A DNA stretch of 64,000 bases, taken from positions 23,797 to 87,796 of the forward strand of contig LBNX01000004.1 of NCBI GenBank assembly GCA_000989185.1, in the 5' to 3' direction. A model generated the notes under the pieces. That model was not told the origin of the DNA, did no database searches, and worked only from the letters and a program-made list of their open reading frames with translations. Below, piece by piece: positions 24,821-35,060 of the stretch. A program made the position numbers and the translations under genes. Position 1 is the stretch's first letter, and the number at the start of each line of letters is the position of its first letter. The stretch is from a candidate division TM6 bacterium GW2011_GWF2_28_16 (GTDB taxonomy: Bacteria; Babelota; Babeliae; Babelales; UASB340).

Positions 24821-25522
24821 ATGAAAAAGACAAAAGTTTTAAGTATAGTAGTAATTTTTTTTGTATCTTTATTTTTAATTTTACCTGGATGTAGAACTAT
24901 ATTTAAAGATTATTTTGTTTTTTTGCAGGCCTATTTTTTAAAACCATCTAGTATTGGAGCTATTGTACCTAGTACAGCTTTTTTGGCAAATGCAGTGACT
25001 AAGCATATAGATATTAATAATCAAAATAATTTAGAATCTGTAAAAATATTAGAAGTTGGTGCAGGTACAGGCGTTATGACAGAAAAAATTTTAGAAAAAT
25101 TGAGGCCTCAAGATATCCTTGATGTGGTTGAACTTGATCCTGAATTTTGCAAAATTTTGAAAGATAAGTTTAAGAAATATAAAAATATAAAAATATATAA
25201 TATTTCTATATTAGATTGGAATCCTAATTATTCTTATAATTATATTATATCAGGCTTACCTTTTAATTCTTTTAATCATGATTTTTTAAAATCAGTGTTA
25301 AACAAATATAAAACGCTAGTCGTTCCAGGTGGTATAATTTCTTATTTTGAATATATAGCTCTTGCAAAAATAAAATTGTTTTTCTTAACCGGCCAAGAAA
25401 AAACACAGTTTTCGCAAACTATAACTACAACAGATCAATTTGTAAACCAATATGAATTTGACAATGAAAAGGTTTTTGCAAATATACCACCAGCACAAGT
25501 ACATCATCTAACGGTAAGTTAA
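24821..25522 (+). CDS. class I SAM-dependent methyltransferase with N-terminal membrane anchor
   Basis: 233 aa. SAM motif I is ILEVGAGTGVMT, with the acidic residue VVELD after beta-2. Confidence 0.6.
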   Translation: MKKTKVLSIVVIFFVSLFLILPGCRTIFKDYFVFLQAYFLKPSSIGAIVPSTAFLANAVTKHIDINNQNNLESVKILEVGAGTGVMTEKILEKLRPQDILDVVELDPEFCKILKDKFKKYKNIKIYNISILDWNPNYSYNYIISGLPFNSFNHDFLKSVLNKYKTLVVPGGIISYFEYIALAKIKLFFLTGQEKTQFSQTITTTDQFVNQYEFDNEKVFANIPPAQVHHLTVS

Positions 25523-25524
25523 AA

Positions 25525-25938
25525 TTATAATCTTTGTTGTAAATTAATTAATTGTTTTTTAAGCACTTCGAGTTTTTCGTTTATTATTTGATAATTATTT
25601 TTGAATTCTTCTTGTGCTTTCATATTTTCTTGAATTAAAGCTTCTTCTGTTACATTGCTTGTAAAATTTTCTGTTATCGCTGGAGTTATTTCGTTCATAT
25701 TTTTTAATTGATTTTTTGCACCAGGTATAGTGAATTTTTGTTCATATAAAAGTGATTTTATTAAAGCAAATTTATTAAAATCATCTTGGGAATAAAACCT
25801 TTGTCCGCCGCCAGATCTATCTGAGCGTAAGCCAAATTCTTTTTCCCAAAATCTTATTACAAATTTTTTGACATTAAGTTGTTCGGCAAGTTCACCTATC
25901 CGGAACTTTCGTTGGTCCATTTTTATTTTTTGTTCCAT
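25525..25938 (-). CDS. MerR-family transcriptional regulator
   Basis: 137 aa. N-terminal HTH FRIGELAEQLNVKKFVIRFWEKEFGL is typical of MerR, and a C-terminal coiled coil follows. Confidence 0.75.
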   Translation of the reverse strand: MEQKIKMDQRKFRIGELAEQLNVKKFVIRFWEKEFGLRSDRSGGGQRFYSQDDFNKFALIKSLLYEQKFTIPGAKNQLKNMNEITPAITENFTSNVTEEALIQENMKAQEEFKNNYQIINEKLEVLKKQLINLQQRL

Positions 25939-26386
25939 TACTATTTTCTCCCTCTTTAGAAAAACTCATCAATATCTCATCTTGTTTTACCAAACTGGAC
26001 TCGAAAATGTGAATAGTTTTTATAAAACAATCACTTATGGCTTTAATTTCATTCTCCATTTTCATAGATTCTATTGTTATAAGTGTTTGGTTTTTTTTAA
26101 CAAAATCGTTTTCTTTAAAATATATTTTGAGTATTTTTCCAGAAATAGGGCATTTAAGTTGTTCTTGAAAGTTATTTTCAAAATTATTTAAAGTAGCAAG
26201 TTTTGCAGGAGATATTTTTTTGTTTAAATTATTTTTTAATATTATAGTTTTATTAAAATTATAAATATAAATTTTAAATTCTTCGTCCGTATTATTAATA
26301 ATTTTAGCTTTATATAATTTATTATTAATTTCAAGAATTAATATATTATTTATAGTATTATTTATAGCCAAGATTTGCGCCCCCAA
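25892..26386 (-). CDS. biotin carboxyl carrier (biotinyl/lipoyl) domain protein, no ATG start
   Basis: 164 aa. The biotinylation motif ESMKME (consensus E(A/S)MKM) lies near the C-terminus. The only start upstream of the domain is TTG at 26386, inside the end of the BC gene. Confidence 0.6.
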   Translation of the reverse strand: MGAQILAINNTINNILILEINNKLYKAKIINNTDEEFKIYIYNFNKTIILKNNLNKKISPAKLATLNNFENNFQEQLKCPISGKILKIYFKENDFVKKNQTLITIESMKMENEIKAISDCFIKTIHIFESSLVKQDEILMSFSKEGENSNGTKNKNGPTKVPDR

Positions 26387-27858
26387 TTTTTTATATTTTT
26401 ATAATTATTAATATTAAATTTATTACTATTTATATTTTTATCTTGTATAAATTTTAAAAAAATATTAGCTATTTCTAGTTCATGTGTATTTATAAAATTA
26501 TTATTATTTAAAAAATTTAAAATATTACTTTCTATTAATTGTGTGTGAATATCACCAGAATTAAATTCAGGTGAATTTAATATGTTTATTAAAAAATTAA
26601 TATTATTTTTAATGCCCGAGATTTCTGTTTGATTTAATATAGTAAGCATATTTTTAATGGCAATATTCCTGGTTGTTCCAGAACATGTAATTTTTGCAAG
26701 CATAGGGTCAAAAAAAGCTGTGATTTCTTGATCTTGTTCTAGATTGCTATCTATTCTTGTATTTGGTGTATTCGGCAAAATTAAATTAATTATTTTACCT
26801 GTGCTGGGCATAAAGCTATTATTTGGATCTTCTGCGTAAATACGACATTCAATCGCATGATTTTTTATATTTATATTTTCTTGTTTTAAATTTAAATTTT
26901 TTTCTTGAGCAAGACTAATTTGCAATAATACTAAATCTATTCCAGTAATACTTTCTGTTACAGAGTGTTCAACTTGTAATCTTGTATTTATTTCTAGAAA
27001 ATAAAAATTATTATCTGGTGTGACTATAAATTCGACAGTGCCTATATTATCGTAATTAATAATAGAAATGGCTTTTATTGCTGCATTATAAATATTATTT
27101 AAAATATTTTTGTCTAAAAAATTACATGGGGCTTCTTCGATTATTTTTTGATGTCTTCTTTGGATAGAACATTCTCGTTCGTATAAGTGTACAAAATTTT
27201 TTCCATCACCTGCAACTTGAACTTCTATGTGTCTGCCTTTTTGTATATATTTTTCTATTAAAATATTGTTAGAACTGGTTAATCTGGAACTTTCAGATTT
27301 TATTGTATTAAAAGCTGATTCTAGTTCTTCAGGGTTAAAGACTTTTTTAATGCCTTTCCCTCCGCCACCAAGAGGGTCTTTTAAAATTACAGGGTAGCCA
27401 ATATTTATATTAATTAAATTTAATAGTTTATTTATTTCTATATCATGCGATACAAAAACTGCTGGAATAGTTGGTACTCCAGCTTTTAGCATTATATTTT
27501 TAGCATTTATTTTATCACCCATTAATTTGATAATTTCTGGGCTTGGGCCTATCCAGTTAATTCCTGCAGCAATAACTTTTTGAGCAAAATCGCTATTTTC
27601 AGATAAAAAGCCATATCCTGGGTGAATAGCTTCGACGTTAAATTTTTTAGCGATATTTATAATTTCTTCTTGATTTAAATAAGCACTAGCTCCAGAGCCA
27701 GAAAGTTTATGATTTTCGTCAGCTTGAAAGACATATGGCAAACTTTTGTCCTGTTCATAGTAAATAGCAACAGTTTTTATATTTAAACTTTTGCATGCAA
27801 ATATTATTCTACTTGCAATTTCGCCTCTATTAGCTATTAAAATTTTGTTAAATATCAT
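26362..27858 (-). CDS. biotin carboxylase (ATP-grasp) component of a biotin-dependent carboxylase
   Basis: 498 aa. MIFNKILIANRGEIA is the BC N-terminus, with an ATP-grasp glycine-rich loop LGGGGKGI and EINTRLQVEH. Confidence 0.85.
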   Translation of the reverse strand: MIFNKILIANRGEIASRIIFACKSLNIKTVAIYYEQDKSLPYVFQADENHKLSGSGASAYLNQEEIINIAKKFNVEAIHPGYGFLSENSDFAQKVIAAGINWIGPSPEIIKLMGDKINAKNIMLKAGVPTIPAVFVSHDIEINKLLNLININIGYPVILKDPLGGGGKGIKKVFNPEELESAFNTIKSESSRLTSSNNILIEKYIQKGRHIEVQVAGDGKNFVHLYERECSIQRRHQKIIEEAPCNFLDKNILNNIYNAAIKAISIINYDNIGTVEFIVTPDNNFYFLEINTRLQVEHSVTESITGIDLVLLQISLAQEKNLNLKQENINIKNHAIECRIYAEDPNNSFMPSTGKIINLILPNTPNTRIDSNLEQDQEITAFFDPMLAKITCSGTTRNIAIKNMLTILNQTEISGIKNNINFLINILNSPEFNSGDIHTQLIESNILNFLNNNNFINTHELEIANIFLKFIQDKNINSNKFNINNYKNIKNWGRKSWL

Positions 27859-27984
27859 GTTTTTAAAATTATAAATTTATACTTGTAATAAATAAAATAA
27901 GCCCTTTGACTTGCTATATTATATATTTAAAATTAGTTATATAAAGCATAAAAGTTTATATTTTGGGGTCTAGGGATTATAATT

Positions 27985-28647
27985 GTGAAATTTAATAAAA
28001 AAATATTTATATTTATATTTATATTTATATTTATATTTGGGCATCTTAATGCTTTTAATGTTAGTAAAACAATAGATAAATCTATATACGCTTATACTAA
28101 GCATTTATTATATGCTTCGGCTATACACGAAGCTGCACATATAATTATAGCTAAAAATTTGGGAAATAAAGTAAATAATGTTTCTGTAGTCAAAAAAAAT
28201 GTAAATGGTGTTGTCTGGGATGGTTTTGCAGATACTAATTTTTCGACATTTAAAAAAGAAATAGAAGTTCTTTTGGCTGGGTATATGGCTGAAAGTATTT
28301 TATTAAAAAAAGAATATAATTTTTTAAATAATAATAACTTAGATAATATAATAAAAGAATATATTAATAATAGTGATCATGATTTTTCTAAAGCTATAAA
28401 ATATATAATTTTAGATAATAATTTAATTAATAATAAATCACAAAATTGGGTTCAAGAATTAAAAAATAATTTAAATTTAGTTTTGCCTAAAATTAAAGCA
28501 ATATATTTAGAAAATTTAGCTTTAACTAAAAACTTAATTTTAGAAAATCAAGAAATTATAAAAAAATTAGCAGAGAAACTTTTGCATGTAAAAGAGTTTA
28601 ACGAACAAGAGCTCTCTGCTTTTTTTGATTCTATAAAAGTTAATTAA
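27985..28647 (+). CDS. stand-alone FtsH-like M41 peptidase domain with N-terminal hydrophobic anchor
   Basis: 220 aa with a GTG start. IHEAAHIIIA aligns with FtsH HEAGHA, LLAGYMAESILL with GGRAAEE, and SDHDFSKAI with the SNDL..AT region. There is no AAA module. Confidence 0.55.
   Translation: MKFNKKIFIFIFIFIFIFGHLNAFNVSKTIDKSIYAYTKHLLYASAIHEAAHIIIAKNLGNKVNNVSVVKKNVNGVVWDGFADTNFSTFKKEIEVLLAGYMAESILLKKEYNFLNNNNLDNIIKEYINNSDHDFSKAIKYIILDNNLINNKSQNWVQELKNNLNLVLPKIKAIYLENLALTKNLILENQEIIKKLAEKLLHVKEFNEQELSAFFDSIKVN
28003..28038 (+). repeat. (ATATTT)6 hexanucleotide repeat encoding (IF)6 in the signal/anchor region
   Basis: Six perfect tandem ATATTT units, in frame. Confidence 0.9.
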
Positions 28648-28650
28648 AAT

Positions 28651-29088
28651 TTATTTTTTTGTATAAACTTTTACTAAATCAATTTTTTCGTTATAAATAT
28701 TTACTATTATTTTTTCTAAATAATTGGTACCCAAAGCTAAGTTTAAATAGCATGGGTATTCTGCTATTTCGTCAACTTTAAAGCCTTCTTTATTATATTT
28801 AACTTGTACTCTGGCTATTCTGCCGTCTTTTTTAAGTTTGATTTCTTTTTTTGCATTAGGGGCTAATTCTGGACTAAATTCTAATTTTTTATCTTTTAAT
28901 ACTCCAAGGGTTTTTCTAAGGTCAAAATCAATAAATTTTAATTTATAACTAGATTTATTATAAATTTCTACAAGTATAGAATTTTGGCTTTTTACTTTGT
29001 TTTCAGTTTTTTTAGCTGCAAAACTTCCATGTATTCCTAAAAATATTACAAACAGTACGATACTTAGACCTATATTTTTTATATTCAT
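28651..29088 (-). CDS. hypothetical secreted protein
   Basis: 145 aa with signal peptide MNIKNIGLSIVLFVIFLGIHGSFA. No recognisable motif. Confidence 0.5.
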   Translation of the reverse strand: MNIKNIGLSIVLFVIFLGIHGSFAAKKTENKVKSQNSILVEIYNKSSYKLKFIDFDLRKTLGVLKDKKLEFSPELAPNAKKEIKLKKDGRIARVQVKYNKEGFKVDEIAEYPCYLNLALGTNYLEKIIVNIYNEKIDLVKVYTKK

Positions 29089-29185
29089 AAAATCTTCCCT
29101 TCTAGGCTTATTTATTTTTATTTGTTAAAATACCAGCTTATTATTCTGTTTATATAAAATATATTTTAAAAGGGTTTTAAAAATC

Positions 29186-30739
29186 ATGGACAAAAAGCTT
29201 ATATTTTTAATGGTAATGTCGTTAGGTACTTTTTGGCTTGTTAATTATTTTGGTAAAAAACCAGATGTGCAAGATTTACAAAACATACAACAAGGTCAAA
29301 GTTATAATGTGCCATCTATAAAAGATTTAGCAAAACCAATAAATGCAGAAATTGATTTTGTAGATAAAAAAATTGCAGCACAAGAAGAAGAAAAGAATTT
29401 TGAAACAGAAAAGTATTCGATTTCTTTTTCTAATTATGGTGGTGTAATATCAGGATTAAAATTTAAAAATTATTTAGGCAAAAATAATATTCCATTAAAT
29501 AGTATAAGCAATAAGGGCTTTTATAAGAGAGAAGAAAGTGCTTTTTTGCTTGCATTAGAAAAAGAAACTCCATATTTTTATAAATTTGAAAATAGTGTAA
29601 CTGATAATGATAAAATTACCGTAATTTATTCTACGCAAAATGCAGGTTGGTTAATTAAAAAAAATTATAATATTTATAAAAATTTATACAAAATAGATTT
29701 AGATATTAATTTTATAAAACAAGATAATAATGCAAGTTCTATAAATCCAAGATTATTTATACCTGCACCTGTTGTAAGTGAACTTGAAGATGATAGTTAT
29801 ACAGCTATTACAGGTAGTCTGGATAATAAATCTATAGAAAAAATTAGTGATAGTAAGTTAACTCAGGCATGGGTTGCTCCAAAATTGTTTGGTTCTTACG
29901 ATAAATATTTTTTAAATGTTTTAATTAGTGACACAAATAATTTTGCTAATAGAGGCTTTTTTAAAAAAATAGATAATAATTTATTTGCTGTTTTAGAAGG
30001 CAGAGAAATAACAGAGTCGAGTAATATAAATTTATCATTTTATGTAGGGCCTAAAAATATAGAAAATATTGTTGCAGTAGATAAACGACTAGAAGGAGCG
30101 CTTGATTTTGGATGGTTTTCTTGGTTGTGTAAATTATTATTAAAATTACTTGAGTATTTATATTCTATATTTAATAACTTTGGTGTAGCAATTATAGTTA
30201 TGGCTATATTACTAAAATTGCCATTTACCCCATTTACTATTACAGGTCGTAAAAAGCTTGAAGAATATAATAAATATACTCCAACAATAAACAGAATAAG
30301 ACAAAAATATAAAAATGATCCTGTTGCTCTAAACACAGAATTAGCAAAATTTCATAAAGATCATAATATTTCGCCTATGACAAATTTTTCTGCAGGTTGT
30401 TTACCAATGTTAATACAGATGCCAATTATGTTTGCTTTGTATCGAGTGCTTGTTAATCATATAGATTTATATAATGCTCCATTTATGTTTTGGATAAAAG
30501 ATTTATCTGCAAAAGATCCATATTATATATTGCCAATTTTAATGGCTGTTACAATGTTTATAACTCAGGCTATGAACAAAACAGATGCAGGTGCTGCTCA
30601 AAATATGATGTTGTTATTTATGCCATTAATTATGCTAGCTATGTTTATAAGATTTCCTGCAGGACTTGTATTATATTGGTTTGTAAATAATTTATTAACT
30701 ATTGGCGAAGATTTATTAAGAAAAAGATATTTTAATTAA
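29186..30739 (+). CDS. yidC: membrane protein insertase YidC
   Basis: 517 aa with an N-terminal TM helix and a large periplasmic domain. The C-terminal 60-kDa insertase core includes GCLPMLIQMPIMFALY. Confidence 0.9.
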   Translation: MDKKLIFLMVMSLGTFWLVNYFGKKPDVQDLQNIQQGQSYNVPSIKDLAKPINAEIDFVDKKIAAQEEEKNFETEKYSISFSNYGGVISGLKFKNYLGKNNIPLNSISNKGFYKREESAFLLALEKETPYFYKFENSVTDNDKITVIYSTQNAGWLIKKNYNIYKNLYKIDLDINFIKQDNNASSINPRLFIPAPVVSELEDDSYTAITGSLDNKSIEKISDSKLTQAWVAPKLFGSYDKYFLNVLISDTNNFANRGFFKKIDNNLFAVLEGREITESSNINLSFYVGPKNIENIVAVDKRLEGALDFGWFSWLCKLLLKLLEYLYSIFNNFGVAIIVMAILLKLPFTPFTITGRKKLEEYNKYTPTINRIRQKYKNDPVALNTELAKFHKDHNISPMTNFSAGCLPMLIQMPIMFALYRVLVNHIDLYNAPFMFWIKDLSAKDPYYILPILMAVTMFITQAMNKTDAGAAQNMMLLFMPLIMLAMFIRFPAGLVLYWFVNNLLTIGEDLLRKRYFN

Positions 30740-30748
30740 GATTATAAA

Positions 30749-31354
30749 ATGTTTAGAGATCTGCCAGCGTTACAAAAGATAATAAGACAATTGCAAAAAG
30801 TGCCATACTTGGCATCAAAAAATGTTTATAGGGTGGCATTATACTTTTTGCAGGAAAAAAATAGTGACATAGAATTATTATTTGATTCTATATTAGATGC
30901 AAAAAAAGTAATAAAAAATTGTAGCACTTGTTTTAATTTAACTGAAAACAATAACACATGTTCTATATGTTCTCAAAATATTAGAGATAAATCTGTAATC
31001 TGTGTAGTTGAAACATGGTATGATCTTAATGCAATAGAAAGAGCTGGTGGATTTAACGGTGTTTATCATGTTCTTGGTGGCGCTCTTTGCCCATTAGAAG
31101 GCATAAGCGCAGATGATTTAAATATAGAATCTCTTTTTAAAAGAATAGATAATAATGTAAGTGAAATAATTTTTGCAACAAATTCTACTCCAGAGGGAGA
31201 AGCGACGGCTAGTTATATTTCATCTAAAGTTGAACAGTTAAATTTAAATGTAAAAATTTCACGGTTAGCAAGTGGCGTACCTATAGGATCAAGTCTTGAA
31301 TATATGGATAGAGTTACTATTTACAAAGCTTTATCTGGCAGACGCCCATTTTAA
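30749..31354 (+). CDS. recR: recombination protein RecR
   Basis: 201 aa with the C4 zinc finger CSTCFNLTENNNTCSICS and a Toprim domain. Confidence 0.9.
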   Translation: MFRDLPALQKIIRQLQKVPYLASKNVYRVALYFLQEKNSDIELLFDSILDAKKVIKNCSTCFNLTENNNTCSICSQNIRDKSVICVVETWYDLNAIERAGGFNGVYHVLGGALCPLEGISADDLNIESLFKRIDNNVSEIIFATNSTPEGEATASYISSKVEQLNLNVKISRLASGVPIGSSLEYMDRVTIYKALSGRRPF

Positions 31355-31358
31355 AAAC

Positions 31359-33740
31359 ATGTATGCAAAAATTAATCAAAAAATAAAATATTTTTTATTT
31401 TTATTAATAATATTAAATTTTAATTTTTCTGGATTTTTATTTTCTGGCGTAAAAGATTTAATTGAATCTGTAAAAGTTATTAAAGTTAATAGTATTGAAC
31501 AAAAAATAGATAATTTTAATAAATTAACACTTACAGGAAATGTCGAAGTATTAGTAGATAATAAATTGCATATATTGGCTGATACGATAGAAATAGATAA
31601 AGAAAAACAATTTTTAATTGCAAAAAAAGATATTTCTGGCGCTGTTGTAATAGAAAGTGATGATTTATTAATTTTAGCAGATGAATTTTTTTTAAATATT
31701 AAAGATAAATCTGGTCATGCAAAGAATTTAAATATTTCTATACCTCAGGGTTATATTAGTGCAGCTGTTGCACAAAGAATAGATGATTATAATTGGAAAA
31801 TGCAAGATGTAACATTTACATCTTGTGATGGTGATATTCCTCATTGGTCTTTAAGCGCTAAAAAGGCGCATTTATATAATAATTATTTAATAAAGATAAA
31901 TGGCGCTTTGTTTAAAATTGGTTTAATGCCATTTTTTGCATTACCGTATTTTGTTTTGCCGTTACAAAAAAGTTCATCTTCTGGATTTTTGTTACCCAAA
32001 ATTGCTTATGATAATGACCTTGGCTTTGGAATAAAACAAGAATTTTATTGGTCTATTGCTCCAAGATTTGATAGTACAATTGGTCTTGATTGGAGAGATA
32101 AAAAAGGGTTGGCTTTATTAGATGAATTTAGATGGGCTAGATCAACAGAATCGTTTACTCTAGTAAATTTAAGATATGCCTTAGAAAAAAATGCTTTTGT
32201 AAAAAAGAAAGATAGAATTTTACTTGATACGTATAAACATTATTGGATAGATGGGCAAGATTTTAGATCGATAAAATCTGTTTCTGGTAAAGATATAAAA
32301 GCATTAACTAGAGTAGATTTTGGTACAGATAAAAAAATAGGGTATCAATTTTTTGATAATTATTTAAACGTAGATGATACTTTTTTGAATTCTGCAATTT
32401 TGCGATATTTTAATAATTATAATATTTATAATATTTATTTTGATAGTACTCAAACAAGAAGAAGTAAATTTACAGATTTGACAGAGCAGGAAAAACAAGA
32501 TCTTTTGGTAGTTTTGCCAGAAAAAGATAAGGCTAATATTGCAAATGCTCAAAAAGAAATAGAAGACAAATTTAGCTTAATATTATTACCAAGATTTGAC
32601 TTTAATACTATTAATAAAAAAATATTTAAAAATTTATATATCAGACATGATTTTTTTGTTGATCAGGCACTTTCTAGAGAAAAAAAACAAGAAAAATTTT
32701 ATTTAAATTCTAAAGTTGTAAAAGAAAATGAATTGTCTGTATTTTCTAAAGCAGATAGTTTTAGACTTTTTTATAATATGGACATTTTGGCGAATTTAAA
32801 GGTTAAAGAACAAGATTTTGTAATTTTTTTAGATCCAAATTTTCAATTAAGATCAAAAGTAAAAAATCATGATCAGGATGTTAATGTAAATATTTTAGAA
32901 GGTAGTTTTTTGCATGATGGTGCTTATAGATTTTTATTAAGTGGTGGTTCAGAATGGGTTATGCCGGAATTGTTTTTTGTAAATAATGATTTGTATCATT
33001 ATTATTTACAGCCAAATTTAAAATGGCATTATATTCCAAAGTTTAAACAGGATAATTGGTACCATTCAGATTTGTGGGATAGAATTTATCCTAAAAATGA
33101 AATACAGCTTAATTTAAAAAATAGTTGGTCCATAGATAAAGTTAATATAGATTTAAACTTATATCAGTCGATAGATTTTTATAATAGTTCAGATAGATTT
33201 TATTTAACAAGAACTCCAAGTGAAAAAAATATATTTCCATTAAATTTTGATTTAACTATAGATTGTGATGTTTTAGATTTATTTTTAAAACAAGAATATG
33301 ATTGGAAAAATTTTCAATTATTAACATCTCAAATAGATTTATCTTTTAATTTAAAAGATTTTAATTTTTATATATCTTCAGTTTTTCAGCATAAAAAATT
33401 GCAACAAGCTCGAGAGTTGCTTTCGGATATTCCAAATTTTTTAATTTTATCTTTATCTGTACCTTTAATTAAAAACACAAAGTTTAGCTATGAAGGACAG
33501 TTTTATTCAAAAAAAAGCTCTTCTGTTTTGCCTATGGAAGGGCTTAAACCTTTGCAGCATGCTTTAAAATTGCATTACAATGGACATTGTTGGGGGTTTT
33601 CCTTAGGTTATGAAGAAAAAAGATATAAAGAGTACGGTAATTGGAAGAGTGATAAAGCATTTACTTTATTTTTAAGATTAGATTCTTTAGGCTCATTTGC
33701 AAGAAAGTTTAAGCGTCCTGCTATTTTAAGCAAAACATAA
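31359..33740 (+). CDS. lptD: LPS-assembly protein LptD (OstA family)
   Basis: Start moved to the ATG at 31359 (MYAKINQKIKYFLFLL... signal). Has an OstA-like N-terminal domain (LTGNVEVLVDNKLHILADTIEID) and a large C-terminal beta-barrel. Confidence 0.75.
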   Translation: MYAKINQKIKYFLFLLIILNFNFSGFLFSGVKDLIESVKVIKVNSIEQKIDNFNKLTLTGNVEVLVDNKLHILADTIEIDKEKQFLIAKKDISGAVVIESDDLLILADEFFLNIKDKSGHAKNLNISIPQGYISAAVAQRIDDYNWKMQDVTFTSCDGDIPHWSLSAKKAHLYNNYLIKINGALFKIGLMPFFALPYFVLPLQKSSSSGFLLPKIAYDNDLGFGIKQEFYWSIAPRFDSTIGLDWRDKKGLALLDEFRWARSTESFTLVNLRYALEKNAFVKKKDRILLDTYKHYWIDGQDFRSIKSVSGKDIKALTRVDFGTDKKIGYQFFDNYLNVDDTFLNSAILRYFNNYNIYNIYFDSTQTRRSKFTDLTEQEKQDLLVVLPEKDKANIANAQKEIEDKFSLILLPRFDFNTINKKIFKNLYIRHDFFVDQALSREKKQEKFYLNSKVVKENELSVFSKADSFRLFYNMDILANLKVKEQDFVIFLDPNFQLRSKVKNHDQDVNVNILEGSFLHDGAYRFLLSGGSEWVMPELFFVNNDLYHYYLQPNLKWHYIPKFKQDNWYHSDLWDRIYPKNEIQLNLKNSWSIDKVNIDLNLYQSIDFYNSSDRFYLTRTPSEKNIFPLNFDLTIDCDVLDLFLKQEYDWKNFQLLTSQIDLSFNLKDFNFYISSVFQHKKLQQARELLSDIPNFLILSLSVPLIKNTKFSYEGQFYSKKSSSVLPMEGLKPLQHALKLHYNGHCWGFSLGYEEKRYKEYGNWKSDKAFTLFLRLDSLGSFARKFKRPAILSKT

Positions 33741-33749
33741 GGGGAGTTT

Positions 33750-35060
33750 ATGCAAATTAATCTTGATATAGATTATTCTTTATTTAAGTCTAGACGAGAA
33801 CAAGTAATAGATTTTTTAAAAGAAAAAAATAAAAATATAGAAAATGGGCTAGTTATTTTATTTTCAGACTTTGAAAGCGAAAGATATTTATTTAGACCAG
33901 AAAGTTCTTTTTATTATTTAACAGGTGTAAGTGAGCCTGGGGCTGTTTTGTTATTGTATTTTGATGGACGACAATATTTATATTTGCCAAATTACGGTGG
34001 TATTCGTGAAAAATGGGTTACAAGTGAAATAAATATAAATAATAATGTCGAAGAAATTTCTCAAAAAATGGGATTTACAGAGATAAAATATTTGGGTTCA
34101 AGTATTAATAGTTTTTCTTTTAATTCTTTATTTTCACAAGAAAAATATTTTAATTTATTGTTAGATATAGATATATTTTTAAAAAATTTTGAAAAAAAAG
34201 AAATTTATACTCTTTTAGATTTAGAAAATAATAATAAATATTTTACGCAAATAAATATTTATAAAAATATTCTTGAGTTATACCCAGAAATGGCAAACAT
34301 AACTGGTGATATTGCTCCACTAGTACATTTTTTACGTAGATTTAAATCTGAAGTTGAGATAGATTTAATTTATAAAGCTATACAAATAACAAATATAGCA
34401 CATGATGCTGCTGCAAAAGTTATTGCTCCAGGTAGAATTGAGCGAGAAGTGCAGGCGATAATAGAATCTGTATTTATACAAACAGGTGCAGTTAGACCTG
34501 CATTTCCAAGTATTGTTGCAACAGGTAAAAATACAACTATTTTGCATTATACAAAAAAGGATCAAGAATTAATGCCAGGAGATTTAGTTGTTGTTGATAT
34601 TGGTGCAGAGTATGGCATGTATGCTGCAGATTTAACTCGCACTTATCCCGTATCAGGTCAGTTTACAGAGCGACAAAAAGAAATTTATAATATAGTTTTA
34701 GAAACGCAGGTTTATGTAGAATCTATAGCTAAGCCTGGTATGTATTTAAATAACAAAAATTTCCCAGAAAAATCGTTAAATTATTTAGCACATAAATTTT
34801 TAGAAAGTTATGGCTTAGGGCAATACTTTGCGCATAATATAGGACACTTTTTGGGCTTAGATGTGCATGATGTTGGTGATAATAATTATGAATTACAACC
34901 AGGTGATGTATTTACAATAGAGCCTGGAATTTATATTCCAGAAGAAAATTTGGGTATAAGAATAGAAGATGATTTTTTAATGGTAGAAGATGGAGTGGTT
35001 TGTTTGAGCTTTGGCTTGCCAAAGAGTTGTGATGAAATAGAAAAATTAATGAAAGAATAA
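33750..35060 (+). CDS. pepP: Xaa-Pro aminopeptidase (M24B)
   Basis: 436 aa. M24 metal ligands appear in VVDIGAEYGMYAADLTR, HNIGHFLGLDVHD, EPGIY and IRIEDD. Confidence 0.85.
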   Translation: MQINLDIDYSLFKSRREQVIDFLKEKNKNIENGLVILFSDFESERYLFRPESSFYYLTGVSEPGAVLLLYFDGRQYLYLPNYGGIREKWVTSEININNNVEEISQKMGFTEIKYLGSSINSFSFNSLFSQEKYFNLLLDIDIFLKNFEKKEIYTLLDLENNNKYFTQINIYKNILELYPEMANITGDIAPLVHFLRRFKSEVEIDLIYKAIQITNIAHDAAAKVIAPGRIEREVQAIIESVFIQTGAVRPAFPSIVATGKNTTILHYTKKDQELMPGDLVVVDIGAEYGMYAADLTRTYPVSGQFTERQKEIYNIVLETQVYVESIAKPGMYLNNKNFPEKSLNYLAHKFLESYGLGQYFAHNIGHFLGLDVHDVGDNNYELQPGDVFTIEPGIYIPEENLGIRIEDDFLMVEDGVVCLSFGLPKSCDEIEKLMKE

